A stretch of 56,393 bases of DNA, counting the filler, from Sphacelaria rigidula (Eukaryota): NCBI GenBank assembly GCA_964200075.2. It is 7 parts of 7 records of this genome, joined end to end, with 100 filler letters (N's around TTAATTAATTAA, not from the genome) between each part and the next. Parts side by side here need not be neighbours in the genome. Positions count along the whole stretch, not along the records: positions 8,072 to 16,042 come from CAXNAA020012794.1; positions 16,143 to 24,113 come from CAXNAA020012795.1; positions 24,214 to 32,183 come from CAXNAA020012796.1; 4 more parts are not named here. One strand, 5' to 3'. Position numbers and translations under genes: made by a program. The notes beneath the pieces were generated by a model that did not search any database, had not been told where the DNA came from, and worked only from the letters and a program-made list of their open reading frames with translations. Below, piece by piece: positions 12,229-25,832 of the stretch. Numbering within the stretch: the first letter of the stretch is position 1; each line of letters starts with the position of its first letter.

Positions 12229-12739
12229 GCTTTCGGCTGTTTGCCTACAAGGGAAACACACCTGACTCAACAGGGGATGGAGTAAACGTTTGAGCGGAGT
12301 GCTTGCGTACAGATTGATGACAAACAGCAAGGAGCTAAAGAGACAGTTAGTTACAGTCAAGCAATGGCTACCACAGAGGAAGTGAACGCAGAAGAAGCGT
12401 GAGGAGAGAAGTTGTGGCTCTTGGAAGTAAAGCCGGCGGAACTAATAGAGCCCGCGACGCAGAAAACAAGACGAGATGCGATTGCAGAATGTGAGACTGG
12501 TGGAGAAAAAACCTGCATTTTCATAACACCAGCACACAGCGCAACCCTGTGCACATTAACACAACAAGAAGCATAAATCGTTCGAGCAACCCACGGGTGT
12601 TTCCCGGAACTAGGGGAAATGATTTCATGGTAAGGAAACGACCCCACGCGAACACTGTACGAGTATGGAACAATCACGGTATTCACCCTTGGGACGGATC
12701 GTTACAGGCAAGGAATAGTCTTGAATAAAAGTTTCGGGT

Positions 12740-13618
12740 GTTTCATGTACAGATGTGCGGCTATTTTCGCCAAGAGAGATGTTCTAATCCCCTTTTTGCA
12801 CAAGCCCCTACTCGTGTGTTTCATGAGCTGGAGGAAAAGCTAAAGAGACAGCATAGGTGTGAGGCCGTCGAGAAGACTAAACGAGCTTATTATGATATTA
12901 TCTTGGAAAAAATCACCGCGCCTCACATAGTGGAGCATCTGGCAATCCTTGGTTCACCCAGCGAAGCGTGTTTTTTTGTTCAGTACTGTAGCGTTTCCCC
13001 CACTGCTGAGGAAACTCACTTGGACCAAAAATGAACTACTTTGGAGATGGGGTCGGGAGAATCACCTTTGGTTTTCTTAAGCAGAGGAAATCTCATGAGG
13101 GACAAAAGGCATCAGTATGGTGCTGTAATTTCGGAGTTCGACGCCGACAGGCACTGTGCGCACAGACTGTCACCAGATTACGAGGTTCAAAGACATATGT
13201 TGCTTGCGATGTCTAAGATCGATACTGCAACTTTAGAAAGTACAATAAAGACTTTGCACGCCGAACTAGAGTTGTCAAGGAGCAGGGTAGGATCCCCGAA
13301 AAATCATGCACTTTCCGCCGCTGTGTATAATTTCTCTAACAGTGACTCATCAGCTGGACGACGGAACGCTGGGGGAGGCAGAGGGCGACACCCAGAAGAG
13401 TACAGTACAAATTACCACCAACGCCACGATCACCATTCCGTAACCCGACGATCCGACAATAACCAGCAATACACACCGAGTTCACACAATCAATGCCGAG
13501 AGTGCGGTTCGGATCGTAGTGTGCATCACATTTCAGACCGATACTTAGACCGACATCCCACGATTTCCTCACCCCCACGCCGCTACTATACTTCGTCTCA
13601 CTATGACCAAGCGATACA
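12740..13618 (+). mobile_element. Degenerate copia-like gag remnant
   Basis: ORF 13041-13625 (ESPLVFLSRGNLMRDK...HCAHRLSPDYEVQRHMLL...LHAELELSRS...NHALSAA...GGRGR) resembles the copia Gag pattern followed by a GR-rich tail. The upstream part is in broken frames and a MITE interrupts the 3' end. Confidence 0.55.
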
Positions 13619-13850
13619 ACGATAGGGGTTGCACTTTTTGTTTCTGGGTCTCTTTTTCGTAGCAGCCCGAATATATGGGGCTTACTGAGCAACCCGAATC
13701 CCCGGGGACCGAACATGGAGATGCCCGCAGGTTTTTTTTCGTGAATCGGCACCATTTTCACTTGAACAGGTAAAAATGGTGCCGATTCTCGAAATGACCC
13801 GTCCAACACCCCGAAAAACAGTTTCGCTAAAAACGTGCAAGCCCTATCGT
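13619..13850. mobile_element. MITE family B (TIR acgataggggttgcac / gtgcaagccctatcgt)
   Basis: Terminal inverted repeats, internal palindrome gaatcggcaccatttt...aaaatggtgccgattc, and a homologous copy at 31561-31823. Confidence 0.8.
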
Positions 13851-14289
13851 AGCATCACCCGACCGTTCTCGGAGACACAACTCCTACTCATCTTCTTCAT
13901 CACCACGACGAAACCACAACTCCTCCCCTCAATCTTTATCATGCAGTTCACGCAACTGCGATGAATGGTATGGTCGAGGTATTGATTCCCGTGCACGAGG
14001 TGACGGACGAAGAAATTTCGACCGCCGACAAGGCAATCGGGATCTCAACTTGGAACAGCGTTCCCCACATCACGGGGGAAACCGCCCCCTCGTGATTACT
14101 CCTCCAGCACCTCCCACTGTCATGCGCATTTTGTACAGCGATCCAAGGATTCCGTCATTGATGACAACTTCGTCTCACGAGACGGAAATACCTTTGATGA
14201 CGCAGGATTCGCCCATTCCGTACTGCTCCCGCCTCCGTAACACGTCCTTTAGGTCAATCGTAAGATTAAGCTGCGAATCTGCATAAACA

Positions 14290-16000
14290 CACAAACGAGC
14301 TACATGGGCGGTCTGAACACCACCCGGAGCAATGTTCTGAATCTCAAAGACATGCGAGTGGTGAGTCCCAACCACTCTCCATGGACCAGCCCACGTGCAC
14401 GACCAAACATCACGTGGTACGGCGTACTATAGTAACGCCGACGATACGCTGTATTGAGCGCCCATTGCACCGTAGGCAGCACGCCCACCCACTCGGAAAC
14501 CGCTCTACGCTGCTAGAGAAGAATAGAGCGAAGAGCACGACCTACTTCCTTGACCATGCGTTCGCACGTGCGGTTAGACCACAGAGAATATGCCACCGCA
14601 AGTTGGTGATCAACATGCAAAACCTCTCGCAATCAGGCCAAGATCGCATTTTTGAAATACGTGGCGGTATCGCTCACCCACCCCCGCGGCACCCCCCGCG
14701 GCACCCCCAACGTTTTGCACCAATTTAGTAAAGATGTAGCAGTCGATTCAGCGGTACACACTGGTACTGGTTTAACAGACACGAAGTTGCTCAAATCATC
14801 CATGATTACTGAAATGTATCGAAACCCAGCATCCTCCGACAAACCTTGGGAAGCTAGCGGGTCACTCTCGCCCACGTACAAGAAGTTAAAACGTACGACC
14901 TCATGCGGCATGCTCCCATGGACCATTTCGCCGAGCGGGTGGGGAACAATATCGCCCGCCCTTGAGTCAGCGCAGTGAAGACACTGGCGGACAAATTCGC
15001 GCACGTGAGTTTCTATCCCCTGCCATACACAAACCTCTTGCAAGCGCACGAGCGTCACAGCCACACCACGATGCCCGGCGCTACGCATGTGCGCGCATAT
15101 CATCAGACGTACCTGCAACTGCTTGTCAGAACTCGGAATCCACAAAAAAAATTGGCCACGCACATGCACCCGAAACAGACCTTCATTGTCTAAGATAGCA
15201 GCACCAACGTCCGAGTCGAAAGATTGCACACACGCATCTTAGGCCCCACGGTGTTTTCGTTGCGCTTAGCGAGCAAAACAATTGGACGGCATCGAGTCAT
15301 TAGGTTTACACGGACCATACACAGCCATAGCGCGCAAAGGCAACGCCGGAATATTCCCCCAACGCGAAAGCAAGTCACCCCGCGCGTTACGGTCACCTTA
15401 AATATTGCAAATCGAGTAACGATACTGGCCGAGAACAACTTTCAAACCCTCCAAACGTTGTGCCAATGTCCTCGACACAGACGTAACGCACGCTTCCGGG
15501 TCGCAAATATTCACTAGATTTCGGTGACCCGTGAAAATGTGCACGTCATCCCACAAACGATGCTCCAAACGACGAAAAGTGCTCACCATAGCCAAATCTT
15601 CCTTGTCAATTGTGGCCCAACGCAACTGCGAACCATTCAAATCACCACTCAGGAAAGCTAGCGGTTCATGCGTCATACCCTAAACCGGCAGGCGTCTTTG
15701 CATTTCAGCTTTATTCACCTGCGTGACGAAACTTCCCCAATGACACTCAGATGCACCCGGAAACATCAACACCTGACAATCAAGACGAGGATGGAACCGC
15801 GTCACGGCATGAGCCACCAGATCCTTCGCTGCGGCCCACGCCTGCAGCTTGCCCTCCGTCCACGATGCAGCCCTCCTTCGGAATCACCCACACGTCGGAC
15901 GGATCAGCTCGTGACAGATCCGGGTCAGCTCATTTGGGGCATAGATCATGATCCGTCCGAGGTGAGCTGTCACCCGTACAGGTTTCTCCGATGCTGATCC
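14290..16000 (-). mobile_element. Degenerate Ty3/gypsy pol: RNase H and integrase
   Basis: HEPLAFLSG...RWATIDKE...HIFTGHRNL (RNaseH-like, 15398-15676); AHMRSAGHRG...VRQCLHC (integrase H2C2 zinc finger) and integrase core ...VIMDDLSNF...WVSDTATYFKN (14633-15229). The RH-IN order is gypsy-type. Frameshifted. Confidence 0.9.
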
Positions 16001-16399
16001 GTAGGACCCGTTTGACCCGTACATGTTTGCCGAGCGATGAGCNNNNNNNNNNNNNNNNNNNNNNNNNNNNNNNNNNNNNNNNNNNNTTAATTAATTAANN
16101 NNNNNNNNNNNNNNNNNNNNNNNNNNNNNNNNNNNNNNNNNNTGCGAAATAATCTTCTAGGAAAGTGTAGTACATATTTCCGGGGGAGCAGAATCAGTCC
16201 AGGCCCGTATTTCGGGGGAAATTGGCGCTGAATTGCTCAAAATGACATACTTTTTGAAGAGATTTTTTCGTACCACAGGAAGCGGCCTGACTCGCCGAAT
16301 ATGTGCCGTGGACACGGGCCCTTATGCTGTTACCTATGGCAAACAAAAACAAAGTGCTGCAATTTTTTTTCTTTTGGTCCTTCTTCGTCGTTTCACGCC

Positions 16400-16509
16400 T
16401 TAACCCTTAGTCTAGACCGCGAGATGAGTATTTCTGGATCATGCATACTTTTTTCACTTGAAATTGATGCCGATTCAACAGAAGACTAACCTCGCGGTCT
16501 AAGGGTTAA
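16400..16509. mobile_element. Very short piggyBac-like MITE
   Basis: TTAA-CCCTTAG...agaccgcgag ... ctcgcggtct-AAGGG-TTAA: TTAA target sites with CCC/GGG ends. Confidence 0.55.
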
Positions 16510-16511
16510 CA

Positions 16512-16894
16512 GAGAGTTAGGCGGAGCTTGACGCCTTGGAATGACTTGCTCTACTCGTTAAGACGGTTCCAGGACCCCTTGGTCTTTTCCGGTGGCCGAA
16601 GTTGTGTACCAAACTTGCAATTTTGTCCAAGAACGGCCAAGAACGGTCAAATCAGGGTCAAATATAGAAAAACGGCCACTTTTCTTCGGACATTACCGTC
16701 TCTGAATAAGAAGGCTTCTTCGGCCAAAACGGTCGAATTAGGATCAAATCTAGAAAAAACGGCCATTTTTCTTCGGACATGACCGTCTCTGACCAAGAAT
16801 GAATCTTCGGCCACCGGGAGACGCGGTGATGTCCTGGAACCGTCTCAACGAGTAGAGAAAGTCATTCCAAGGTCTCAAACTCCGCCTAGCTCTC
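16512..16894. mobile_element. Foldback/MITE family C with an internal ~78-nt tandem duplication
   Basis: Arms gagagttaggcggag...ccttggaatgacttgctctactcgttaagacggttccaggac and gtcctggaaccgtctcaacgagtagagaaagtcattccaagg...ctccgcctagctctc. The arm core is shared with 23090-23527. Confidence 0.8.
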
Positions 16895-18439
16895 CTTCAG
16901 GGCGGGGAACGAAGAAGGCCAAGGAGAACGGTGCGAAATGCTACTCTAATACTCCCGAACTAATATAAAGACGTCATACCGCCTCCCTCTTGAGTAGCAT
17001 TTCTACCTCCTGGTGCCCCTTGTGCACCGCACGCCGATAAATATCTTACAGTTGCACGCGCACACAAAAAAAAACGCACTCTGCTATTCTACATGATCAC
17101 CAACATAGTTCTTCCCCATTCAGCACTCCTTCTCTCTTCTCTTCCTTTACGGCATACCGCTTCCCAAGCTATTTTGAATGTCACGTGTACGCGCCGTCCC
17201 TTTTGGAGGAATTTTTTAGATCGTTTGCCATAATAAGGAGCGGCATTTCGTACGATTTGACTCTTGGCAAATACAAAAGAACCTGGGTGAAGTCTTCATG
17301 CGAACGCCCTCATGACACACGCTCGAAATGCAACACATCATCTGCAGGGTTGATCGTACAGTAAGGTGTTTCTGAAACAATGACTCACCAGCACTATCCG
17401 ATGTTTCCAACCGAACGGGAAGTGTGTACGTAGGGTATTCCTGCCATCTAAGCTTTCGAGTTCAGTCTAAGAAGCCGGCTCGGTCCATAGTAGTAGGCTA
17501 GAAAGTTCGTCCACATCATCTGCAGGCGTTTTTCGGCCCGGAGAAGGACATGAAATAAACAGTACAAAGCATTGGAGGGGGGAAAATACTCCACCGCAAG
17601 TGATCAACTTCACAAATGACGTTGCGTCAGCTGCTCTAGGCACTGAACTGAACTCACTTTACTATTCTATTCTGTACTGTAGTGTAAATTTCCGTGAAAT
17701 TACAACAACGGCTGCTCCGCCATTTCCCTGTCCTCATAAGCCATTCGTTCGGTAAAGTATACTGTACGTAAGATATTCCGATTAATAGCCCGATGTACGA
17801 CATATGCTACCATAGGGGACGATGCGATTGGTTCTACAAAAAAGCAGGGGCTCACGGGTGTGTCAGACGACCGAAGTCCTCGGCGTGCGTTTGTATTTTG
17901 GTGAAACTGGTGTCGAGTGGAATAAGACAGGCGTGTCTTATTTGTGGCGAGTGCGCGTGTTCAAACTAAGGTAGCTGCTTTCAATAACGATTTAACGATT
18001 TGAGGTGGAAATGGAATTCCGTTGAAAAAATTACCCCAAATCACCCTACCCTACCCCTCCCGTGGCATCACTCGCAACCGGATAGCCGTATCTTTCACAT
18101 TAGAAGAATAGTTTTATCCGCAGACCTCAGGTTCAGTTGCTACGGTGATTTGATTCTCCACATTTTTCAGACGTGCTCGCTCCAAAAACATCTTGTAGAC
18201 TCCAGCAAGTCTTTGTAAAAGTACGGCGAGACAGAGATCACGTGCAACCCACCCCCGCAACCATAATTTTTCATTAATCCATGGTGGTGGTTGCAATTGT
18301 AAACGAACGAGGCAAAATTAGTGGAGTCTTCAAGTGATGGCTCACTGCATGCGGTTGCCGAGCGAGTGAAGGTGGCTACTTACCCAAACCGCATCTTTCA
18401 CAACAATCCTCTACTCGGCGCTGTGACAATAGTGCGATG

Positions 18440-21410
18440 TCTGGGGCTCGCTTTGACCGATGCTCGCACATCAACGTGTGCAGGAGGATATTGACGGCTC
18501 GGAAAAAGGCAAACCGTTTGCCGTCCCATCACCAATAATACACCCGACTGAGCCAGGGCTTGACAACGGATGCTCGGAGTGCCAAATGTTCAACAAGGAA
18601 AGTACCAAGATATATGAGGACCTCATGCCTGGCAGCAGCGCAGCTCTAGATCCCTATGTCTTTTGTACTACACTCTCGAGTCCGTTCGAAACCCACGCCA
18701 AGGGAGACACTTGTTTTACTCGTTGTGTTCCGAGCTCGACATTTCAAGTACAACTTAGCGTGAAATTTTTTTTGCCACTAAACGCGCTTCGCGTCCATCA
18801 ACATCAACAAAGCGTCCTACAAAAGTCAAAAACAGTGTACAGTAGGGAGGGATAGCGTGCTACACATTACTGATGGCACCCGAAATATTTTACAACAAAG
18901 TACCACAAAACTCGATCCCTTGTGTTACTGATAGTGGGGTGAGCGCACGAGTCGAAGAGAACACAAACAGATGGAGGGAACGACCCGAACAATAAGGGGT
19001 GTCATGACCCAGTTGTCATCACGCGAGTTGACCACTTTGCGATTTTGTGGCAGTCATGAAGAGTATGTGACCTTGTGGGCGCTAAACCTCATCAGATGGA
19101 CGTACCCTTAGGTGCGCCACAGGCAACACGCGGATTTTTTTTGCCCTGACTGAACGTGCACACATATCAGGGGTTCAGGGCTACGGAATACTCAGTGTGA
19201 ATTTTATCACTGATGGTCATGCTTGCTGATAGAGCGGAGTACCTACGGCGCCAGGGCTGAGTTGAACGGTGATCCTGCGAAATTGTTCTGAAAAAACGTC
19301 CCGGCGAGGCCCATCCACTTGAAATATGAGGGCCTGAGTTAAACGGTGATCTTGTAAAATTGTTCCGAAAAACATCCTGGCGAGGCCCGTCCACTTGAAA
19401 TATGCATGTGTATGTAAAAAACAGATGCTTTGATCGAATATTGTACACAAGATTAGGATTAATGAACACGGAACACACGGTGGTTATTCATTAAGGGTGC
19501 TGCTGCTCAGCTGTAGCGTCGGGGCTGCCAGCATCGCAAGTCAGCCGATGGTATTGTTCCGAAAGAGGGGTCTAGTGCCTCAACGCCAAGAGCCGGACCC
19601 TCCGAGCACCTGCAGATGGACAATTGAGTCTGCTATTCATTTTTCAAGTCAGCATGATGCCGATTCAACCAATCTTCAGCTGTACGCGGTCGAAGGGTCA
19701 ACGCATGTACAACACCTTACAAGTAAACATTATGGTGTACAGAATAGGAATGATTTCTAATGTGAAGACAACAAGTGGAATATTTACTATGCCTGATCGA
19801 AACGCTTCGTCCTGTGGTTATGAGCTTTATTTTTCAAGGCGACGAGCACGTGGAACGAATGTTTCTTATACATACATATATATATATATATGTTCGGTTG
19901 GAATGGATGGGTTGGGATGGGTTTTGGTTGTCTTTTTTTTTTGCCACGGGCAGACGATATTGAACATCACACTTGTTCAGAGCACTAGCTGTACCCCCGC
20001 CTCCGTGCGATAGCTCGAGGGCGCGATGCGACAGGTGCGAAAATTGAGCGAGGCTGGAGCTTGAACAAGGGCGTACGAAACCGGCGCGCGGTGTACCCCC
20101 ATCACCCATTGTACAGGCCGAGTCCATTATCGGCAACAAGTGATCATACGAGACGGAAGTTAGCCAGATATCACCCACACGCAAGATACAACTATTCCGA
20201 TGTAAAAGACCCTATACACGCAGACGATGCAGTGGCACCAAGCCTTGAGTATGTGTTTTGCACAGCATGCTGTTGTTGTTCGTGCTCCTCCTCGTGATTC
20301 GATTTTCCTTTGACATAGACCCACCAAATCACCATCGCTTGACAACGCAAAATTGTGATGGTCCGTCCAGTAGAAACCAGCCCGATTGCGGAATATGTCT
20401 CTGTCGAACAGAACACGTCCACCTGGGCACTATGTTGATAGCATTCTACCTTCGGTTGCCTCATGACCTGTACCGTTTCGGTGTATTTTAGGACAGTACA
20501 GAGCAATGTGTCTATCCGACTGGACGAGGTACCAAGTATGCCATGTGACACATGTGTGCACATCGCAGCAGCAGCAGCAGCAGCAGGAGGAGGAGTAGCA
20601 ACACAGCGTAGTTATCGGGTGAACTACAGCTTTGCGTCAAAGGGTATGAATCTAGCAAGCTAGAGGCGTACCCTTGGCTTTCCGTGAAGGAGGGCGGGGC
20701 AAATAGAGTCGGACCTCGAATCCGCCCAGCCCCAACCAAAAGAGCGCGGGTGTGAAATTTGGATTTTCCATATAGTATACTGAAGTTATCAGAACAAGAA
20801 ATGCTTAGCATAATCGAGTTGTATGCATTTCTGCAAAAACCTGCACTGGGCATCGAGGCAACATCAACACAACTAAAGTGCTGGTGATGCTGGTATGGTG
20901 GGGGGGGGGCGAGTAGGCTTGTTGTGAAAAAAACTGTCAGACTGAGGTACACTAAATTAATAGCAAGCTATAAAATACAACAGACAGCACTGGGTGATGA
21001 AGTCACAGGTGAGCGAGGTTCACCGGTACGTGAAAGTCGGGAAATTGGCGCATACACTTCCTCCAGGAATCGGCGACTGGATATTAGCGAAATCCTCCGG
21101 ACAGTATAGGGCAGGCACGCAAAAAAACGATGAGACAGTGAACCCATGCACCCACCTTGCCGTCGATTCTTCCTGCCCCTTTACTGTAGTGCAGCTCCTA
21201 TTGCTTTCATGTGGACTCTTCACTACAAAAAAAGTGCGTTGTGTCCCAGGTGGCTTTTGTTGCATTTTGCGCAGAAATGTTGTGCCACAACCACCACTAT
21301 CGAGGCGGATTTGCCTGGCAGGGAAAACTCATGCAAGCATTCGCCGCTGCCTGCAGCCAAAGACTCAACCGAAATGCGTTAAATCTCAACTGAAAATGAG
21401 GAACATATGA
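18440..21410 (+). mobile_element. Possible decayed hAT-like transposase fragments
   Basis: Scattered peptides: CSHINVCRRILTARKKANRL (~18470), ELTTLRFCGSHEEYVTL (~19025), SEVHRYV (~21010), and ATTTTIE/ICLAGKTHASIRRCLQP (~21285-21360), the last resembling the hAT dimerisation motif PATSxxxERxFSxAGxxxxxxRxxLxP. Weak resemblance only. Confidence 0.3.
19253..19405 (+). repeat. Tandem duplication, ~77 nt x2
   Basis: ggg.ctgagtt.aacggtgatc.tg..aaattgttc.gaaaaa...ggcgaggccc.tccacttgaaatatg occurs twice. Confidence 0.8.
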
Positions 21411-23089
21411 AGGGATTGAAGGACACACACCCGTCCACCTTACCATTGTGCCGTGACCTTACACGCCGCAAATACGCATCCAAGCAGAATGTCTCAATGA
21501 ACAAGATTAAGTCAACATCAAGCTGGACATGGGCATGTCATCGGGGGAAGCTCCAAGCGTACGAGAGAGGGTGCGCGCGCAGTAAGTGTCGTACGTCATT
21601 TTGGATAGCGCGCGTTTTATCCGGACGAGGTGAACGGGACTGGACCGATCGATCGATTTAGTCGATGAAGAAATATCGTTTGGTAGATGCAAAAAAAGCG
21701 GCTGTTACCTCGTACTTTTTAGCTTAGTGGGAGAGAAAACATACCTTGCTTCTCCCAACAACCAGTCCGCTCACGCGCGAAGCAGCAGGAGTAGTGGTGG
21801 GAGAGTGGCGATGATAGAACAGTAGTAGTTACCGTACCTTCTGTGATAAGCTGATTAATTCTTTACTGTCTCGCCAAGCACGCACAGCGACGCGGAGCGG
21901 AATTAGATTGACACTGGGCGACTCGGTGTTTCCCTCGTGCCTGCTGGTACAGTACAATGGTTGGGACTAACTGCCAGTGACGTCATATAATATTTTCTCT
22001 AGTTCAGAATCCTCTCACGAAACAAATCTGATTGGCACTTGGATCTGATCTTGCCGGTGTTGACCCGCAATGGCAACCTTCAACCTTCATGTAAAGCACT
22101 GGGTGAGTGTACGAGCTGGACCGGCTGCAAAACTGAAATTCCTTCCACCGCACATATCTCAAAAACGGCGGCGAGTTATCGCAAAAAAAACATATCCCTG
22201 TGATGGGGGGATCGCCAGGCGTAAGCGCCTACAACTCTCGATGTGCTCAAGGACACATGATGGCCTTGTAAGAAGAAAAATATGTGCTGAGAACATGCTG
22301 CGTGAAGTACAGGGCGAAACTGTGCAAAAATGCACCGGGACTACGAGTAGTAGTGCTGTTTGCGTACCACACGCTTGCACATTGCGCTTGCTCCCTGCCA
22401 TGGCCTCAAGCTCGCCGGGATATCAGCAATGGGAGAGGACCTCTGTTCCTACGATATATCAATTACAATACTCAGAAGTCGTGGACTTGAGGCCATGATA
22501 CACAAGACCCAACAAGCGTCCTGTCAACTGCACCTCGGGACCATTCGTTTCTCGTGAGGAGGGGGAGGTGGGGTTGCATTCGTAGCGTCTGAGTTGAGAA
22601 CTAGAGGATCGCGAGAAGCCCATGGAGGCGAGAAGTCTCCAAGCTGCCCAGCAAGCCGCAGGGTGTGGGTCGGCGGAATCTGCAAGCACATGGGATCAGA
22701 GCTTGTGTTGCGCCGGCATCGATCCCAGAAAGTTCCGCAATGATGTTGTTCTGAAATGAGGCCTGACAAGCCAGGACTTTCAAAGTGTGGTGCACAAAGT
22801 CCCCGATGGAGCGCATAACGTCATGGTGCCTGAACATGAAGGTATTTCATCGTCCCACCCGAGGACAATGGCCAGCACTCTCTCTCCCTGCCGAATGTTT
22901 GGGCACGTGCTGTACTTTTCAATGTAGTAGACTATCTGCAAACGATTTTTTTTCCCCACACTCGATCGTAAAACACCCTTTTTTTTTTCATTACACTCCT
23001 GAACCCCTCCCCTTCCTCGGGACGCCTCCGTAGTCTCGAGGGATCAACTTATCTCTCCCGATGTCCCCACGCTGTGGCTACTTCTTGTG

Positions 23090-23527
23090 TATCAAAAAGT
23101 AAAGCTTGTTGAAAAGTGCATTTTCGACCCTTCGTCGTTCCTCCCCCGAAAAGAGGGTTAGGTGGCTGTTGACACCTCGGAATGACTTGCTCTACTCGCT
23201 GAGACGGTTCCAAAGCACCTCTGCGTTTCCTGTAAGTCACCGTTTCGTTTTTGGCCAAGCTTGCATTTTCAGTACCAAACGGCCAAGTTATCTAAAAACA
23301 GCGGGAAAACTGACATTTTTTTGGTAACTTGACCGTTTGTTATTGAAAATGCAACCTTGGCCAAAAACGAAACCGTGACTTACAGGAAACGCAAAGGTGC
23401 TCTGGAACCGTCTCAGCGAGTAGAGCAAGTCATTCCAAGGTGTGAACAGCCGCCAAGCCCTCGTTTCGGGGGGAACATGACGGAGAAGGGCCGAAAAAGC
23501 ACTTTTCAACAAGTTTTACTTTTTGAT
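23090..23527. mobile_element. ~440-nt foldback element (family C)
   Basis: atcaaaaagtaaagcttgttgaaaagtgc... is mirrored by ...gcacttttcaacaagttttactttttgat, with ~200-nt arms. The six-frame ORFs mirror each other (MAKNETVTYRK and MLKSAFS appear on both strands). Confidence 0.88.
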
Positions 23528-24234
23528 ATGCTAATAGCCTTTGGACGGTGAAAATCATATTTCCGGAAGGAAAAAAATGGGTCTGGCGGGAATCGAACCT
23601 ATTATCTCTCCAAGGGGCCTTACAGACTGGAGTACGCTATTCACCGCCCCCGATTCCCGAAAACCTCATTCTGTACGACGGGGGGTGGGTGGGGAGGGGG
23701 GTACCCCATTTTGGATGGGTAGATACCCCCCTGATCACATGGAACGCTATATTCGTGAGATTCAGAGTGTAGTTTCAGACTCAGAGTCAGGATTGCAAAC
23801 GGAAAATCTGTTTTCTTCGTGGTCAATTCTTATGCAAAACAGTTCGCGTCATTAATAAACCAATCCGAGTAATGAACGTGCGTGTTTTCACAGCCTCCAA
23901 TGTTGGCGGATTAGTGACACCATGGGAGTACTGCCAGAACATTTTCATGCTGGTTGATATTATACAGTCAAGTCACAGTGGTGGTGTATACCTCTGGTGT
24001 CACTCAGCAACACGCATCACTCAGACCAGCCATTTTCTTTTTTTTTGGGGGGGGGCGTACTCAATTTTTATTTGCCTTAGTCGTTTGACCATTGACCACG
24101 CATCCCTTTCGAGNNNNNNNNNNNNNNNNNNNNNNNNNNNNNNNNNNNNNNNNNNNNTTAATTAATTAANNNNNNNNNNNNNNNNNNNNNNNNNNNNNNN
24201 NNNNNNNNNNNNNAAGGGAGGGGGGGGGGGGGTG

Positions 24235-24520
24235 TACTCATGATCATGCATGCCATAGTCATCAGACCATTGACCTCGCATCCCTAGGAAGCCGGGGCGG
24301 AGCACGCCGGGTTTTAGCCGGACCAGGCTCGCAATCACCAAGCGCGAAGCGCCGTGATGTAGTCGGCGACTCGCATGAGGGATAGCCTGCATCCTGCTAA
24401 GGTTGTTCGGCCTGAAGTACACTGATTATCTTGCAACTGGACGACAGCTTACGATGAGTTGCTGCGTTTTCTGGTATCGCCATTTCCAGAGGAAGCTACG
24501 GGTTACGCACTGCCTCATGG
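24235..24520. repeat. Dispersed ~300-nt repeat family D
   Basis: Homologous blocks (tagggatgcgaggtcaatggtc; gcgcttcgcgcttgg; caccagaaaa) at ~32285-32350, 46225-46545, 46740-47050, 48930-49000 and 54040-54295. Confidence 0.75.
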
Positions 24521-25364
24521 GTGGCTCACCGGGATGGGGGGGGGGGGGGGGGGGCGCCCTTTTTTTTGCCCTCCGGGGGGGGGGGGGNNNNNNNNNNGAG
24601 GAGCGGTGGGGTGCCCCGTCCGTGGGGGGTGGGGGGGGGGGGGGGGGGGGGGGGGGGGGTGCATACTCATTTGTTGCCTGCCCGGGGGCAGGGGGGTGAC
24701 GCCGACACTCACGGTGGTGGTAAGAGTGTTGAAAATGGCTGGATTCGGCTGGTCGTTCACGTGCAGTGTGTGTTTTCCGTGTGTACTTTGTTACCATCGC
24801 ACATCATATAATGACTGCCCAAAACGAAACGTCACCCTACATATCTGGGGGACGTCTATCGTGTGGATAATGGCCACGGCTGGATGGATCCCTGACGGAT
24901 CCGTAAATGTGCGACTGTCATCAATCAATCGAATCGACGCATCATGAGTAGGAGGTGTTTCTCTGCTCGATGATGCTTGCCGCTTCATGTCATCGGACAT
25001 TCCTGCAGGAGACACAACGGGGGGCCCATTGTCGTGACACTGAGAATAGGAAACATGATGCACTCGCAAAGGTTTGACGTGTGCCTCAGTAGTGAGTTCC
25101 CGCGAAGGTGCTTCGCTGCTGAGTCTCAACGCACGGGAAACATTGCATGCTTTGTTCACCGGTCCGATCCTCCAGCTTTTACGCTCTCCAGCTCCGTTCA
25201 CTTGCAACCCCCCCTCGTTTGAGATTCGCTTTTGCTTCCCTGGGGTGAGGTCGTGGTCTCCAGGGATCTACCGATATCTTCCCCGGGCACTACACGCCGT
25301 GCACTTTCCTATCGAGCATTTGACCATGACTCTCGCAGCCCACTGACTGCTGTCGAAATATTTT

Positions 25365-25542
25365 GACACCCTAGACAATATATGGTCAATAGGTGCAATA
25401 GACGAAAAAAGTACTGCATAAAGTATAGGCCTATTGCAGCTATTTTCGGCCATTGCAATAGTTGCGATAGGCCTATACGTTTCGCAGTATATTTTCTGTC
25501 TAGAGCAACTATTGAACATATTTTGTCATTCTCCAGGGTGTG
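25365..25542. mobile_element. MITE family E (TIR caccct[ag]gac ... cagggtgtg)
   Basis: Inverted arms around gtataggcctattgca/tgcgataggcctatac. Related copies at ~41346-41489, 44954-45227 and a half copy at 49150-49228. Confidence 0.65.
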
Positions 25543-25832
25543 AACTACTTTACCCACTCTCGTGCTTACCTATTCCAAAGACGGAAGGCAGAGTGGGGCG
25601 GGGCGGGGGAAGACCCTTATACCGGGATGTGAATCCCAACGAAATCCTCCGAAGGTATATGTTGTAGTGTTCACGGCACCACTTTGACAACAGGGGTGCG
25701 ACGGCGTCGCGGTGAATTGGAGTATCTTTCAGGTGTGCTTCAGCGTACGTTCACTTACTATTGTCCCTTCACAACCACTCGCACTGCTGCGACATACGCC
25801 CCGTGATGTATACTCGCCGACGTGAAACGCAG

